This document shows positions 1-8,781 of a stretch of 64,000 nt of DNA, piece by piece. The number at the start of each line of letters is the position of its first letter. The stretch's first letter is position 1. The translations under genes were made by a program, and so were the position numbers. Source of the DNA: an uncultured Pelagibacteraceae bacterium. Lineage in GTDB: Bacteria; Pseudomonadota; Alphaproteobacteria; Pelagibacterales; Pelagibacteraceae. Location of the stretch: the NCBI GenBank assembly GCA_902541315.1, contig CACBQF010000002.1, positions 25,987-89,986 on the forward strand, written 5' to 3'. The notes under the pieces are model-generated. The model saw nothing but the letters and a program-made list of their open reading frames with translations, did not search any database and was not told the DNA's origin.

Positions 1-1
1 T

Positions 2-952
2 ATAAAAATCACTTATATTTCTGATCCTTTTTTGATCCTTTTTAGATAAGTTAAATTTATAAATAAAATAATCTACATTATCAGTTTCATCGATGATTAA
101 TAATGAGACGATAAAGATAAAATCAACTTCGTAGAGTATATCCTTAAGATTAGTATTAAGTTTAGAAAAAATATTAAAGTATTTTAGTTGAGGAAAAACT
201 GAGACTAAAATTTCTAAAATTATTTTATCCTTTGACAAACTTTCTAATACGTTTGGTTTGAGTATCTTTTTTAGTTCGTCTATCAATCTTTCTTTCGAAA
301 GGTTTGAGATGCCAACGAGATTCATTTTTAAGACTCTAATAATTTCAGGATCATGTGATTGTTTAGAATAGTTCAAAAAAAATCTTAAATATCTTAATAT
401 TCTTAAGTAATCCTCTTTAATTCTTTTTTCTGGGTTACCAATAAAATTAATTTTACCCTTTTTAATGTCCTCATAACCGTTATATGGATCAAATAAATTT
501 CCCTCTTTGTCTGAGTAAATAGAATTGATGGTGAAATCTCTTCGCGAAGCATCAGTTTTCCAATCATCAGAAAATTTAATCTTTGCATGACGGCCATCAG
601 TTAAAATATCTTCTCTTAAACTCGTAATTTCAAATTTACTATCCTCTATTATTGCTGTTATTGTCCCATGATCTATTCCACTTTCGTAAAATTCAACATT
701 GTTCTTTTTGAGTGCGGCACTAACCTCTGTTGGATTTATATTTGTTGCTAAATCGATATCATCAAAATTTTCATTGTTTATAACTTTTCTTATGCAACCA
801 CCAACATATCTAAGTTCACTTGTAGTTGAATAAGAATTAATGGCATTAAATATTTTAGACACTGGAGTTTTTTTTGATATGTCTTTTATTCTATTACTTA
901 TCGGGTCTAGATTATTTTGTTTGAAAAAAAATTTGTCTATTAAACTTTTCAT
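2..952 (-). CDS. cca: CCA tRNA nucleotidyltransferase, 5' part; runs off the window edge
   Basis: Manual translation from ATG at 952 gives MKSLIDKFF...YVGGCIRK...DIDLAT...GIDHGT...LREDILTDGRHA...DASRRDFTIN...EDYLRILRYLRF, the class II nucleotidyltransferase motifs. Absent from the ORF track because no stop codon lies in the window. Confidence 0.9.
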   Translation of the reverse strand, partial: MKSLIDKFFFKQNNLDPISNRIKDISKKTPVSKIFNAINSYSTTSELRYVGGCIRKVINNENFDDIDLATNINPTEVSAALKKNNVEFYESGIDHGTITAIIEDSKFEITSLREDILTDGRHAKIKFSDDWKTDASRRDFTINSIYSDKEGNLFDPYNGYEDIKKGKINFIGNPEKRIKEDYLRILRYLRFFLNYSKQSHDPEIIRVLKMNLVGISNLSKERLIDELKKILKPNVLESLSKDKIILEILVSVFPQLKYFNIFSKLNTNLKDILYEVDFIFIVSLLIIDETDNVDYFIYKFNLSKKDQKRIRNISDFY

Positions 953-955
953 ATT

Positions 956-1029
956 TGGCTGGGGCGCTAGGATTCGAACCTAGGATGCAGGTACCAAAAA
1001 CCCGTGCCTTACCGCTTGGCTACGCCCCA
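956..1029 (-). tRNA. tRNA-Gln (anticodon TTG), CCA encoded
   Basis: Reverse complement TGGGGCGTAGCCAAGCGGTAAGGCACGGGTTTTTGGTACCTGCATCCTAGGTTCGAATCCTAGCGCCCCAGCCA shows the acceptor stem, D loop, TTG anticodon, GTTCGAATC T loop and 3' CCA. Confidence 0.97.
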
Positions 1030-1062
1030 ATATAAAATTGATATAACACAAAAAAATAAAAT

Positions 1063-1905
1063 TTATATAGTTTTTGAGCTTATACACCAATATTTTGGAT
1101 AATCTTTATTAAATTGTCTAAATGCTTTGTCGCATTTTTTTTTAGAATTGTAATAGGCAATAAAAGCTGATCCAGAGCCAGTCATTCTTACAAACTCAGG
1201 ATTATACAAATTTGTTAAGTAAATTTTAATTTTTTTCAAAATTGGGTGTTTAACCAAGACAATTTTTTCAAGAGAATTACTCATTTTTTTTAAAAAATTA
1301 AGATTAAACATTTTTTTTCTCGGAGTATTAAATTTGGCAGTTTCATAATTTCTTACGTCTGCGTAAATAGCTTTTGTCGAGCAGCCAAAATAAGGTTTAA
1401 CAACTAATGTATATAATTTTTTACAATTTTTGAATTTTTTAGTCTGGTTTTTAGAAGTTAAAACTTGATAATCATTAGTTAATCCTAAAATAACATCAGA
1501 TCCTAAATATCTAGCTATTGAACGAATTTTTTCTTTGTCTAAAGAGAATATTTTTTCCTTAATAAAATAATTAAGAACACTGGCGGCATTCATTGAACCC
1601 CCTCCTAACCCAGACTGTTGTGGTATATACTTGAATATCTCGATATGAAATTTTTCTTGAAGTAGTTTTTTTTTATCAAGTATTCTTAATAATTTAGTGA
1701 CACTATTGTTTGATTTAATATTTTTTGAGAATTTTCCTCTAAATTTTACAATATGATTTTTTTTATTAATTCTTTTTATCATTATAAGATCATAGACATT
1801 TATGAAAGCAACCAGGCTTTCTATTTTATGGAGCTTTGAAGATTTACCTAAAACATTTAGCGCTAAATTAATTTTAGCATATGACTTAATCTTCTTAAAT
1901 CGCAT
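1063..1905 (-). CDS. ispE: 4-diphosphocytidyl-2-C-methyl-D-erythritol kinase
   Basis: AKINLAL, IPQQSGLGGGS (GHMP kinase), GSDV and MTGSGS motifs; adjacent to tRNA-Gln. Confidence 0.93.
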   Translation of the reverse strand: MRFKKIKSYAKINLALNVLGKSSKLHKIESLVAFINVYDLIMIKRINKKNHIVKFRGKFSKNIKSNNSVTKLLRILDKKKLLQEKFHIEIFKYIPQQSGLGGGSMNAASVLNYFIKEKIFSLDKEKIRSIARYLGSDVILGLTNDYQVLTSKNQTKKFKNCKKLYTLVVKPYFGCSTKAIYADVRNYETAKFNTPRKKMFNLNFLKKMSNSLEKIVLVKHPILKKIKIYLTNLYNPEFVRMTGSGSAFIAYYNSKKKCDKAFRQFNKDYPKYWCISSKTI

Positions 1906-1908
1906 TAA

Positions 1909-3597
1909 TTAAGATTTATTTATGCCTTTTATTAATTTGAGATTGATCTTATTTTTCATTTCTTTCTCTGTTTTTTTCATTTTAAGCACATTTTTCCAAA
2001 AATATCTTGCTTGTATTTTTTGGTCTAATTTCCATAAGATATCACCATAGTGATCGTTTACTATTGGATCTTCAGGCATCAACTCCACTGCTCTTTGTAA
2101 AAATTTTTCAGCTTTAGAATAATCCTCTATTAAATAATAAGCCCAACCAATTGAATCAATTATATATGGATCATTACTTTCTAACTCATAAGCTATTTTA
2201 AGCATATCTAATGCTTCATCTATTCTATAATCTCTTTCAAGCCATGAATATGCTAAATAATTTAAAACATAGGCATCATTTGGTTCTATATTTAAAGATT
2301 TTAGCAAATCTTTATCTGATTTTTCATATTCACCAATTCTCTCATAACTTCCGCCCCTTCTGTAGAGTACATCAGCCTTAATTATGTTATTATCGTCTAA
2401 ATCTTCAATTGCTTTTGAATAATACTTTATTGCATTCTCATAATCTTTAGAGCTTTTATAAAAGTTAGCTATATCAAAAATCATCTTAAGATTATGTTTT
2501 TTAATTTTATTGAATTCAGACGTAATAAAAGCAACTGATCTTTTTTTGTTATTATCTTCCTCGACTATAATTTGTGCCTCTTTTTTAATACGAAACCAAT
2601 AATAAATTTTGTCCTCTTTATCAAATCCCTTCAAAATTTTTTTAGCTTTAATGAAGTCCTCATTAAAGTAATAATTTTCAGCTACTAAAGACAAATTGTA
2701 TATAAACTTTGGATTTAAATAATTTGAGAGATATAAGTAAAAATTAGATTTTTCAAAATCGTCTTGGGATGAATAAAGATTAGAAACCAAAAATAAAAAT
2801 TCACTAATTACATGATTGTGATTTTTGCATGAAAATATGTTCACAAATTTTTCATATTTTCTATCCTCCACCCAGTTTTTAGATTGGGATATTAATAATT
2901 TTGAATTTATATAATCATATTCTGATAGAACATCAGGAATTTTAGAAAATCTCCCTTTTTCAATTAAATAACTGATATAAAAAAACACATATCTTGAATA
3001 ATCAGAATCGCTTTCATTAATTACTTTCAAGAAATAACTTTCAGTATTTCTATCATCTAAATAACATTTTTGAAAAGCGTCTGAAATTTTTGATAAATTT
3101 CCGTAGCTTGCTCTGTTTTCAAAATAGTTTTTTTCTTTAAAAACATAAATGTATTCTTTTAAAATATTAAGAATTGCTAACTTTAATTTTTCTTCACTAA
3201 AAAAATCTGCTACTCTATTAAGCTGTTCGTAAGCACCATCAAAATTACCACGTTTTAAACTATCAATAATTAATAACAAATATGCATCAAAAAATTTTGT
3301 ATTTTCATTTTCTTTATTAAGCCTAATAACATTAATTGCTTGAGAAACTTTATTTTCCAATACTAAACTTGTTACATATCTTTTTAGATATGGATCGTGC
3401 TGATTAATCAATATTTTTGATGAATTATAAAAATTTAATGCATCAGAATTTTTTTTATTTTCGAAAGCAACTATCCCAGAAAAATAATTTGATAAATTTT
3501 TTGGATTAAAATTATTAAAACTATTGCTTTTAGAATAAAGATGAGTCTGATAGAATAGTATAAATATTGTTACCATTAAAACTTTTTTTAAATACAT
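1909..3597 (-). CDS. Exported tetratricopeptide-repeat protein
   Basis: Signal peptide; C-terminal TPRs (VLNYLAYSW, IIDSIGWAYY, DHYGDILW) typical of the alphaproteobacterial TPR gene upstream of ispE. Confidence 0.85.
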   Translation of the reverse strand: MYLKKVLMVTIFILFYQTHLYSKSNSFNNFNPKNLSNYFSGIVAFENKKNSDALNFYNSSKILINQHDPYLKRYVTSLVLENKVSQAINVIRLNKENENTKFFDAYLLLIIDSLKRGNFDGAYEQLNRVADFFSEEKLKLAILNILKEYIYVFKEKNYFENRASYGNLSKISDAFQKCYLDDRNTESYFLKVINESDSDYSRYVFFYISYLIEKGRFSKIPDVLSEYDYINSKLLISQSKNWVEDRKYEKFVNIFSCKNHNHVISEFLFLVSNLYSSQDDFEKSNFYLYLSNYLNPKFIYNLSLVAENYYFNEDFIKAKKILKGFDKEDKIYYWFRIKKEAQIIVEEDNNKKRSVAFITSEFNKIKKHNLKMIFDIANFYKSSKDYENAIKYYSKAIEDLDDNNIIKADVLYRRGGSYERIGEYEKSDKDLLKSLNIEPNDAYVLNYLAYSWLERDYRIDEALDMLKIAYELESNDPYIIDSIGWAYYLIEDYSKAEKFLQRAVELMPEDPIVNDHYGDILWKLDQKIQARYFWKNVLKMKKTEKEMKNKINLKLIKGINKS

Positions 3598-3608
3598 TAT
3601 TTTATTCT

Positions 3609-4328
3609 ATGTCTAAAAAACCCCTAAATCAAAACACTAAATTTACACAAGACTTCATTAAAACATTTGAGACAGATTTTATCTTCAATAATGAACCACA
3701 AAATAGATTTAAAGATTTAAAAAGTAATCTGATTAATTCAAACTCGCAAAAAAAACAAAAACTATCTGATCTTAAAAATCAAATAAATACAATTGAGGAT
3801 TGCAATCTAAAGAAAGCTTCAAAAAATCTTTTATTTGGTAGGGGAAATATCAATAGTTCTATAATGTTAATTGGCGATGCACCTAATGAAGAAGAAGATG
3901 AGTCTGGGTTACTTTTTCAAGGTGATGTGGGAAAACTTTTAGAAAAGATGCTCTTAGCTATCAATGTATCAATGGATAATATTTATTTAACTTATTCAAT
4001 AAACTATAAGACAACCGATGAGAGAAAACCTAATACTAGTGATATAAAAAGATATTCTAAATTTTTAAAACAGCATATTTCAATAATTAACCCACAGATG
4101 TTAATTCTAATGGGCGGAACTGCGATGGAGGCTGTCACTGGTTTAAAGAGTAAAATTTCAGATGAAAGAGGTAAATGGAAAGAAATAATTATAGGAAGTA
4201 AAACAGTTCCCTTAATGATTAGTTACAGTCCATCATATTTGATTAGATTTCCTGAGAATAAGAAATACTCTTGGGAAGATTTAAAAATGATTAAGCAAAA
4301 AATTCAAGATCTAAATATAAAGTTTTAA
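3609..4328 (+). CDS. Uracil-DNA glycosylase family 4-like protein with degenerate active-site motifs
   Basis: GxGN...MLIGDAPNEEED...FQGDVGKLLEKML fold signature. ATG at 3609 is preferred over the TTG at 3567, which overlaps the divergent gene. Confidence 0.8.
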   Translation: MSKKPLNQNTKFTQDFIKTFETDFIFNNEPQNRFKDLKSNLINSNSQKKQKLSDLKNQINTIEDCNLKKASKNLLFGRGNINSSIMLIGDAPNEEEDESGLLFQGDVGKLLEKMLLAINVSMDNIYLTYSINYKTTDERKPNTSDIKRYSKFLKQHISIINPQMLILMGGTAMEAVTGLKSKISDERGKWKEIIIGSKTVPLMISYSPSYLIRFPENKKYSWEDLKMIKQKIQDLNIKF

Positions 4329-4897
4329 TGAAATTAATTGCTGGAGTTGATGAAGTTGGACGTGGAAGTTTAGTTGGACCTGTTTATGCAGCGGCAGTAA
4401 TTTTAAATCTCTCGATAAACAAAAAACTATTAAAAGACTCTAAAAAGTTATCAAAAAAAAGGAGAGAAATTTTAGCTCAGTATATCAAAAAAAATTCTAC
4501 ATGGGCTATAGCAAAAGCATCGATCAGTGAGATTGAAAAAAAAAATATCTTACAGGCTAGTTTGATGGCAATGAAAAGAGCAATCCTTAAATTAAAAAAA
4601 AAGCCCTCAATGATTTTAATTGATGGAAATAAATTACCAAAGATGGAAAACTACAAACTTAAATCTGTAATCAAAGGAGATCAAAAAATACCATCAATTT
4701 CTGCTGCATCAATTATTGCAAAAGTAGCTCGTGATAATTTTATTTCAAAGTTAGGTATTAAATATAAAAGTTACTCATGGGGTGAAAATTATGGGTATGG
4801 TACCAAAAAACATTTAAGAGCTATCAAAAAGTTTGGGGCCACAGTTCATCACAGAAAGACTTTTTCACCATTGAATAAATTAAATACCTCAAAGTAA
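4328..4897 (+). CDS. rnhB: Ribonuclease HII
   Basis: GVDEVGRG, DSKKL, IDG, KGD, SIIAKVARD and GYGT motifs. Confidence 0.96.
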   Translation: MKLIAGVDEVGRGSLVGPVYAAAVILNLSINKKLLKDSKKLSKKRREILAQYIKKNSTWAIAKASISEIEKKNILQASLMAMKRAILKLKKKPSMILIDGNKLPKMENYKLKSVIKGDQKIPSISAASIIAKVARDNFISKLGIKYKSYSWGENYGYGTKKHLRAIKKFGATVHHRKTFSPLNKLNTSK

Positions 4898-4940
4898 TTA
4901 ACACTAGATATAGATATTTCAAAAATTAAATACACAAATT

Positions 4941-4995
4941 GAGTCTTTATAATTCAATCATAGGTTGACCCAAGAATCTTTTTCGAGTCTAATTT
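4941..4995 (+). promoter_or_regulatory. Candidate ccrM promoter region with three GANTC sites
   Basis: GAGTC 4941-4945, GAATC 4974-4978, GAGTC 4985-4989; TTGACC (-35-like) at 4965-4970; TATAAT at 4948-4953. Confidence 0.5.
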
Positions 4996-5008
4996 ATTTT
5001 TTTAAAAA

Positions 5009-6082
5009 ATGAATTTAGATTTTAAAAATAAATTAATTAACGGAGATAGTCTCCATGAGCTAAAAAAAATTCCTGATGAGACTTTTGATTTAATTTTTGC
5101 TGACCCTCCTTACAACCTACAATTAAAAAGTGAATTAACAAGACCAGATAGATCTAAAGTAAGTGCAGTAAATGATAAATGGGATCAATTTGAAAATTTT
5201 AAAAAGTATGATGACTTTACCTATTCATGGTTAAGTGAGTGTAAAAGAATTTTAAAAAAAGATGGAGCAATTTGGGTAATTGGTAGTTACCATAACATTT
5301 TTAGAGTTGGAACAGCTATTCAAAATTTAGGTTTTTGGATTTTAAATGACGTCATTTGGAATAAAAAAAACCCTATGCCAAATTTTAGAGGAACGCGCTT
5401 TACAAACGCCCACGAAACTTTAATTTGGGCATCTAAGTCTGAAAAATCAAAATACACTTTTAATTATCAATCCTTAAAATGTTTAAATGACGATCTTCAA
5501 ATGAGATCTAACTGGGAATTACCAATTTGTAATGGTTCTGAAAGACTAAAAAAGAATGGTAAAAAAGTCCATTCTACTCAAAAACCTGAGGCTCTACTTC
5601 ACAGAATTTTATTAGCAACATCTAATAAAAATGATTTAGTTTTAGACCCTTTTTTAGGATCAGGAACAACAGCAACAGTTGCAAAAAAATTGGGTAGAAA
5701 TTATTACGGAATTGAAAAAGAGAAAACCTATTTTAAAGCTGCCGAACAAAGATTAAAGAAAGCAAAACCTATAGAAGATGATTATTTAGATACTTTGCAA
5801 AATGGTAGATCTAAGCCGAGAATACCTTTTGGATCATTGGTTGAATTAGGAATAATTAAACCAGGCACTACTATTTTTGATAATAAAAAGAAAATCAGTG
5901 CAAAAATTATGGCTGATGGCAGTATCAAACATGCTCAAACTGAAGGCTCAATCCATAAAGTAGCAGCTACAATTTTAGGTGCCGAGAGTTGTAATGGATG
6001 GACCTACTGGCATTATAATAAGAATGGATCAATTCATCCAATAAATAATTTAAGAGAAAGATTTTTAAAACATAAATTCTAA
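5009..6082 (+). CDS. ccrM: Cell-cycle-regulated DNA adenine methyltransferase (GANTC)
   Basis: DPPY, NPMPNFRGTRFTNAHETLIW, HSTQKP, DPFLGSGTT and C-terminal GSIHK...CNGWTYW; downstream of rnhB as in other alphaproteobacteria. Confidence 0.95.
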   Translation: MNLDFKNKLINGDSLHELKKIPDETFDLIFADPPYNLQLKSELTRPDRSKVSAVNDKWDQFENFKKYDDFTYSWLSECKRILKKDGAIWVIGSYHNIFRVGTAIQNLGFWILNDVIWNKKNPMPNFRGTRFTNAHETLIWASKSEKSKYTFNYQSLKCLNDDLQMRSNWELPICNGSERLKKNGKKVHSTQKPEALLHRILLATSNKNDLVLDPFLGSGTTATVAKKLGRNYYGIEKEKTYFKAAEQRLKKAKPIEDDYLDTLQNGRSKPRIPFGSLVELGIIKPGTTIFDNKKKISAKIMADGSIKHAQTEGSIHKVAATILGAESCNGWTYWHYNKNGSIHPINNLRERFLKHKF

Positions 6083-6109
6083 TTATTCATGAGCTTAGAC
6101 TCTCATATT

Positions 6110-6146
6110 AAAAAGGTTGTAGATGAAAAATTAAATAACCTTTTTT
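6110..6146. terminator. Possible bidirectional terminator hairpin between convergent ccrM and monooxygenase genes
   Basis: AAAAAGGTTGT-14 nt-ATAACCTTTTTT inverted repeat with A and T tracts. Confidence 0.45.
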
Positions 6147-6169
6147 CAGATAAAAAAAGTAAAATAAAG

Positions 6170-7312
6170 TTATCTGTAAATTTTACCGAGATAACTTTCT
6201 AAAAATTTTTTATTTTTTACAAATCTTTTTAAAAAAATGTTTCTTACAAATATATTTAAGGGATTAGATAAATGAAATGTAAATTGATTAAACTTTGATC
6301 TGTTATTAACCATTTTTGTTTTATTAACTCTATTTTTAAAAAAATTACTTTCAGTACTATTCTCAATATTCTCAAATAATTCATATGCACCTTCTATAGA
6401 TTGTGATGCACCTTGAGCAAATGATGGTGAAAAAGCAAAAAAAGCATCTCCTATTAGATGAATATTATTATTATTAACCTTAAAAAAATCATGACTTACA
6501 AATACTGGGTATATCTTTAAATCATTAATATTATCAAAAAATTCCTTATTTAAGTGCGGAAACTTTTCTAAAATCTTTCTGATAAAATTATCGTCTTTAA
6601 ACAACGAAAAATCTTTTTGCTCATCTCTTGAAAGTTTGAATTTCATTACAGCTATAAAGTTTAAATCACCATTAGGAGATACCGGATAAATAACATAATG
6701 AAAATTTGAACCTAAAAATAATGAGATGTTTTTTTTATCAGCGATGTTTAAAGAACTTGGTATAATCCCTCTAATAGCTAACGTGTCATTAAATTTTGGT
6801 TCAATTTGATTTTTTGATAACAGATTTTTACTCTTTGAAAAGACTCCATCTGAAATAATTAAATAATCAAATTCATAAATTTCATTATTTTCAAAAGAGA
6901 TTTTAACGATTTGATCTTGTTGTTCTATCTTTGAAATAGTGTGGTCAAATTTTATTTCTTTTTCTAAATCCTTTTTTAAAAAATTAATAAGTGATGATCT
7001 TTTAAGGGTAGTATATTTACAATTTTCAGTATTAAAATCTGATATATTTAACTCACATATCTTATTAGAATTCTTGACTGAGTAAAAATTAATTTTATCT
7101 GGGTTAAATTTTTCGCTGTTTTCTAATTTATCAAACTGAATTTTATTTAATAGTTTTATGCTGTTAACAGATAATTGAATACCGTAACCATCTTTTAAAT
7201 TGATTAAACTATTTCTCTCAAAAATATTTACTTGATACTTTTTGTTTCTCTTTAATAAATTAGCAATAAATAGCCCTGAAATTCCAGCACCAATTATAGC
7301 TATTTTTTTCAT
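6170..7312 (-). CDS. FAD-dependent monooxygenase (salicylate hydroxylase-like)
   Basis: GAGISG Rossmann motif, DG motif (SDGVFS) and GDAFFAFSPSFAQGA GD-motif variant. Confidence 0.8.
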   Translation of the reverse strand: MKKIAIIGAGISGLFIANLLKRNKKYQVNIFERNSLINLKDGYGIQLSVNSIKLLNKIQFDKLENSEKFNPDKINFYSVKNSNKICELNISDFNTENCKYTTLKRSSLINFLKKDLEKEIKFDHTISKIEQQDQIVKISFENNEIYEFDYLIISDGVFSKSKNLLSKNQIEPKFNDTLAIRGIIPSSLNIADKKNISLFLGSNFHYVIYPVSPNGDLNFIAVMKFKLSRDEQKDFSLFKDDNFIRKILEKFPHLNKEFFDNINDLKIYPVFVSHDFFKVNNNNIHLIGDAFFAFSPSFAQGASQSIEGAYELFENIENSTESNFFKNRVNKTKMVNNRSKFNQFTFHLSNPLNIFVRNIFLKRFVKNKKFLESYLGKIYR

Positions 7313-8292
7313 TAATTTTTTTCTAAATATTTAACAACTTTCTTAGTGAATGATGGAAGCATATAATTATCTAATTTTCTTCTATCAAACCAGTAAGATG
7401 AAGGAAATCTTTTTGCATTTTTTAAATATTGAATTTTTATGTTCATATTCATGTTTGACATTTTAAAATTAAGATTTTCATTAAAATTTTTTGGGTTAGA
7501 TAGCTCTTCCATTGGAAAAATTGTTAAATTTTTAAGAAAACTAAATTTTGTGTTTTTTATAAGTAAATACCTTTGTTTTTTTTTATAAACTTTAAGAATA
7601 AAATATTTTTCTTTATTCTTTTTTGTAATTTTAGCTAAATCAAAATCTTTCTTCTTAAAAGACTTGCAATTTTTTGAGATTGGACACCTACTACACTCAG
7701 GATTTTTAGGTTTGCAAATAATTGCTCCCAATTCCATTAAAGCTTGTGCATAATCACTTGCTCTTGATGAAATTCCAAAAATAGATTTTTTTTCTATTAG
7801 ATTGTCTTTTTGAATTTCCTTATCTTTTTTTAAATAAAGATATCTTTTTAAAACCCTTTCAATGTTTCCATCTAAGGGAATATAGGATTTATTAAAGGCA
7901 ATAGCTAAGATTGCATTAGCAGTGTAATTGCCGATTCCAGGTAAAGATATTAAATCCTCATAATTGTTTGGAATTTTTCCATGATATTTACTAATTATAA
8001 TTTTAGCAGTTTTTTTTAAATTTCTTACTCTTGAATAATATCCAAGACCTTCCCATAATTTTATTAATTCATTTTCTTTAACTTTAGCAAGATCCTCAAG
8101 TGTTGGTAATTTTTTTATAAATCTGTTAAAAAAAGGAATAACAGTTACAACTTGTGTTTGTTGTAACATAAACTCACTTACCAATGTATAATAATGTTTT
8201 TTATATAAAGGTACTTTTTTTCGCCATGGTAAATTTCTTTTATTTAAATCATACCATTTAAGAACTTTTTTTGTTATTATCTTTTCTGTCAT
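7312..8292 (-). CDS. mutY: A/G-specific adenine glycosylase
   Basis: RNLPWR, SEFMLQQT, WEGLGYYSR, LPGIGNYTA, DGN and C-x6-C-x2-C-x5-C Fe-S motif. Confidence 0.95.
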   Translation of the reverse strand: MTEKIITKKVLKWYDLNKRNLPWRKKVPLYKKHYYTLVSEFMLQQTQVVTVIPFFNRFIKKLPTLEDLAKVKENELIKLWEGLGYYSRVRNLKKTAKIIISKYHGKIPNNYEDLISLPGIGNYTANAILAIAFNKSYIPLDGNIERVLKRYLYLKKDKEIQKDNLIEKKSIFGISSRASDYAQALMELGAIICKPKNPECSRCPISKNCKSFKKKDFDLAKITKKNKEKYFILKVYKKKQRYLLIKNTKFSFLKNLTIFPMEELSNPKNFNENLNFKMSNMNMNIKIQYLKNAKRFPSSYWFDRRKLDNYMLPSFTKKVVKYLEKN

Positions 8293-8781
8293 ATGTATTT
8301 CAAAAATAATACTAAGCAGAGATTACGTTCCATTCAAGGCTTAAGATCTTTTAAAGACACCTTGCCAACAAATATAAAAAAAGTTATCAACAAAAGAGGC
8401 CATATTTTTTCAGAAATACTAAATAATTGGAAATTTTTGGTGGGAGAAAGTCTCTTTAAAGTTTGTTTCCCAAAATCATTTAAAAATTCAAATAAATTTG
8501 GAGTTAGTACATTGCTAATTATGGTAAAGAGAGGTCACGAGATAGATTTAGAATATTCAAAGAAAGAAATCATGGATAAGGTAAATAATTTTTTTGGCAA
8601 TACAGTAATTGAAAAAATTAAATTTACTACCTTTGAGGAGGAACGAAAACAAGTAATCAGTGATAAAACAGAAAAAAAGGCTGTGACAAGAAAAACATAC
8701 CACGAAAAAATTGAGAGTGTTAAAAATGAAAAAATTAAAAAGTCCCTAATTGAACTAGCGAAAGTATTCAGAGAAAAATGA
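8293..8781 (+). CDS. DUF721 / DciA-family protein
   Basis: W..LVG...P motif, VNNFFG..IEKIKF; conserved position between mutY and dsbA-smc. Confidence 0.75.
   Translation: MYFKNNTKQRLRSIQGLRSFKDTLPTNIKKVINKRGHIFSEILNNWKFLVGESLFKVCFPKSFKNSNKFGVSTLLIMVKRGHEIDLEYSKKEIMDKVNNFFGNTVIEKIKFTTFEEERKQVISDKTEKKAVTRKTYHEKIESVKNEKIKKSLIELAKVFREK

Noticed and set aside
403-597. 64-aa ORF in the track
   Set aside because: Out-of-frame ORF inside the cca gene, whose true frame carries the conserved motifs.
956-1062. tRNA as a possible island or prophage integration site
   Set aside because: No integrase, no duplicated tRNA 3' end that I could see, and core genes on both sides.
4880-4902. Possible CtrA box upstream of ccrM
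   Set aside because: The TTAA half-sites at 4880 and 4898 are 14 nt apart, not 7, and TTAA is ubiquitous here.
6089-6202. 37-aa plus-strand ORF MSLDSHIKKVVDEKLNNLFSDKK... after ccrM
   Set aside because: No SD, it overlaps the convergent monooxygenase, and it spans a terminator-like hairpin. It cannot be fully excluded without conservation data.
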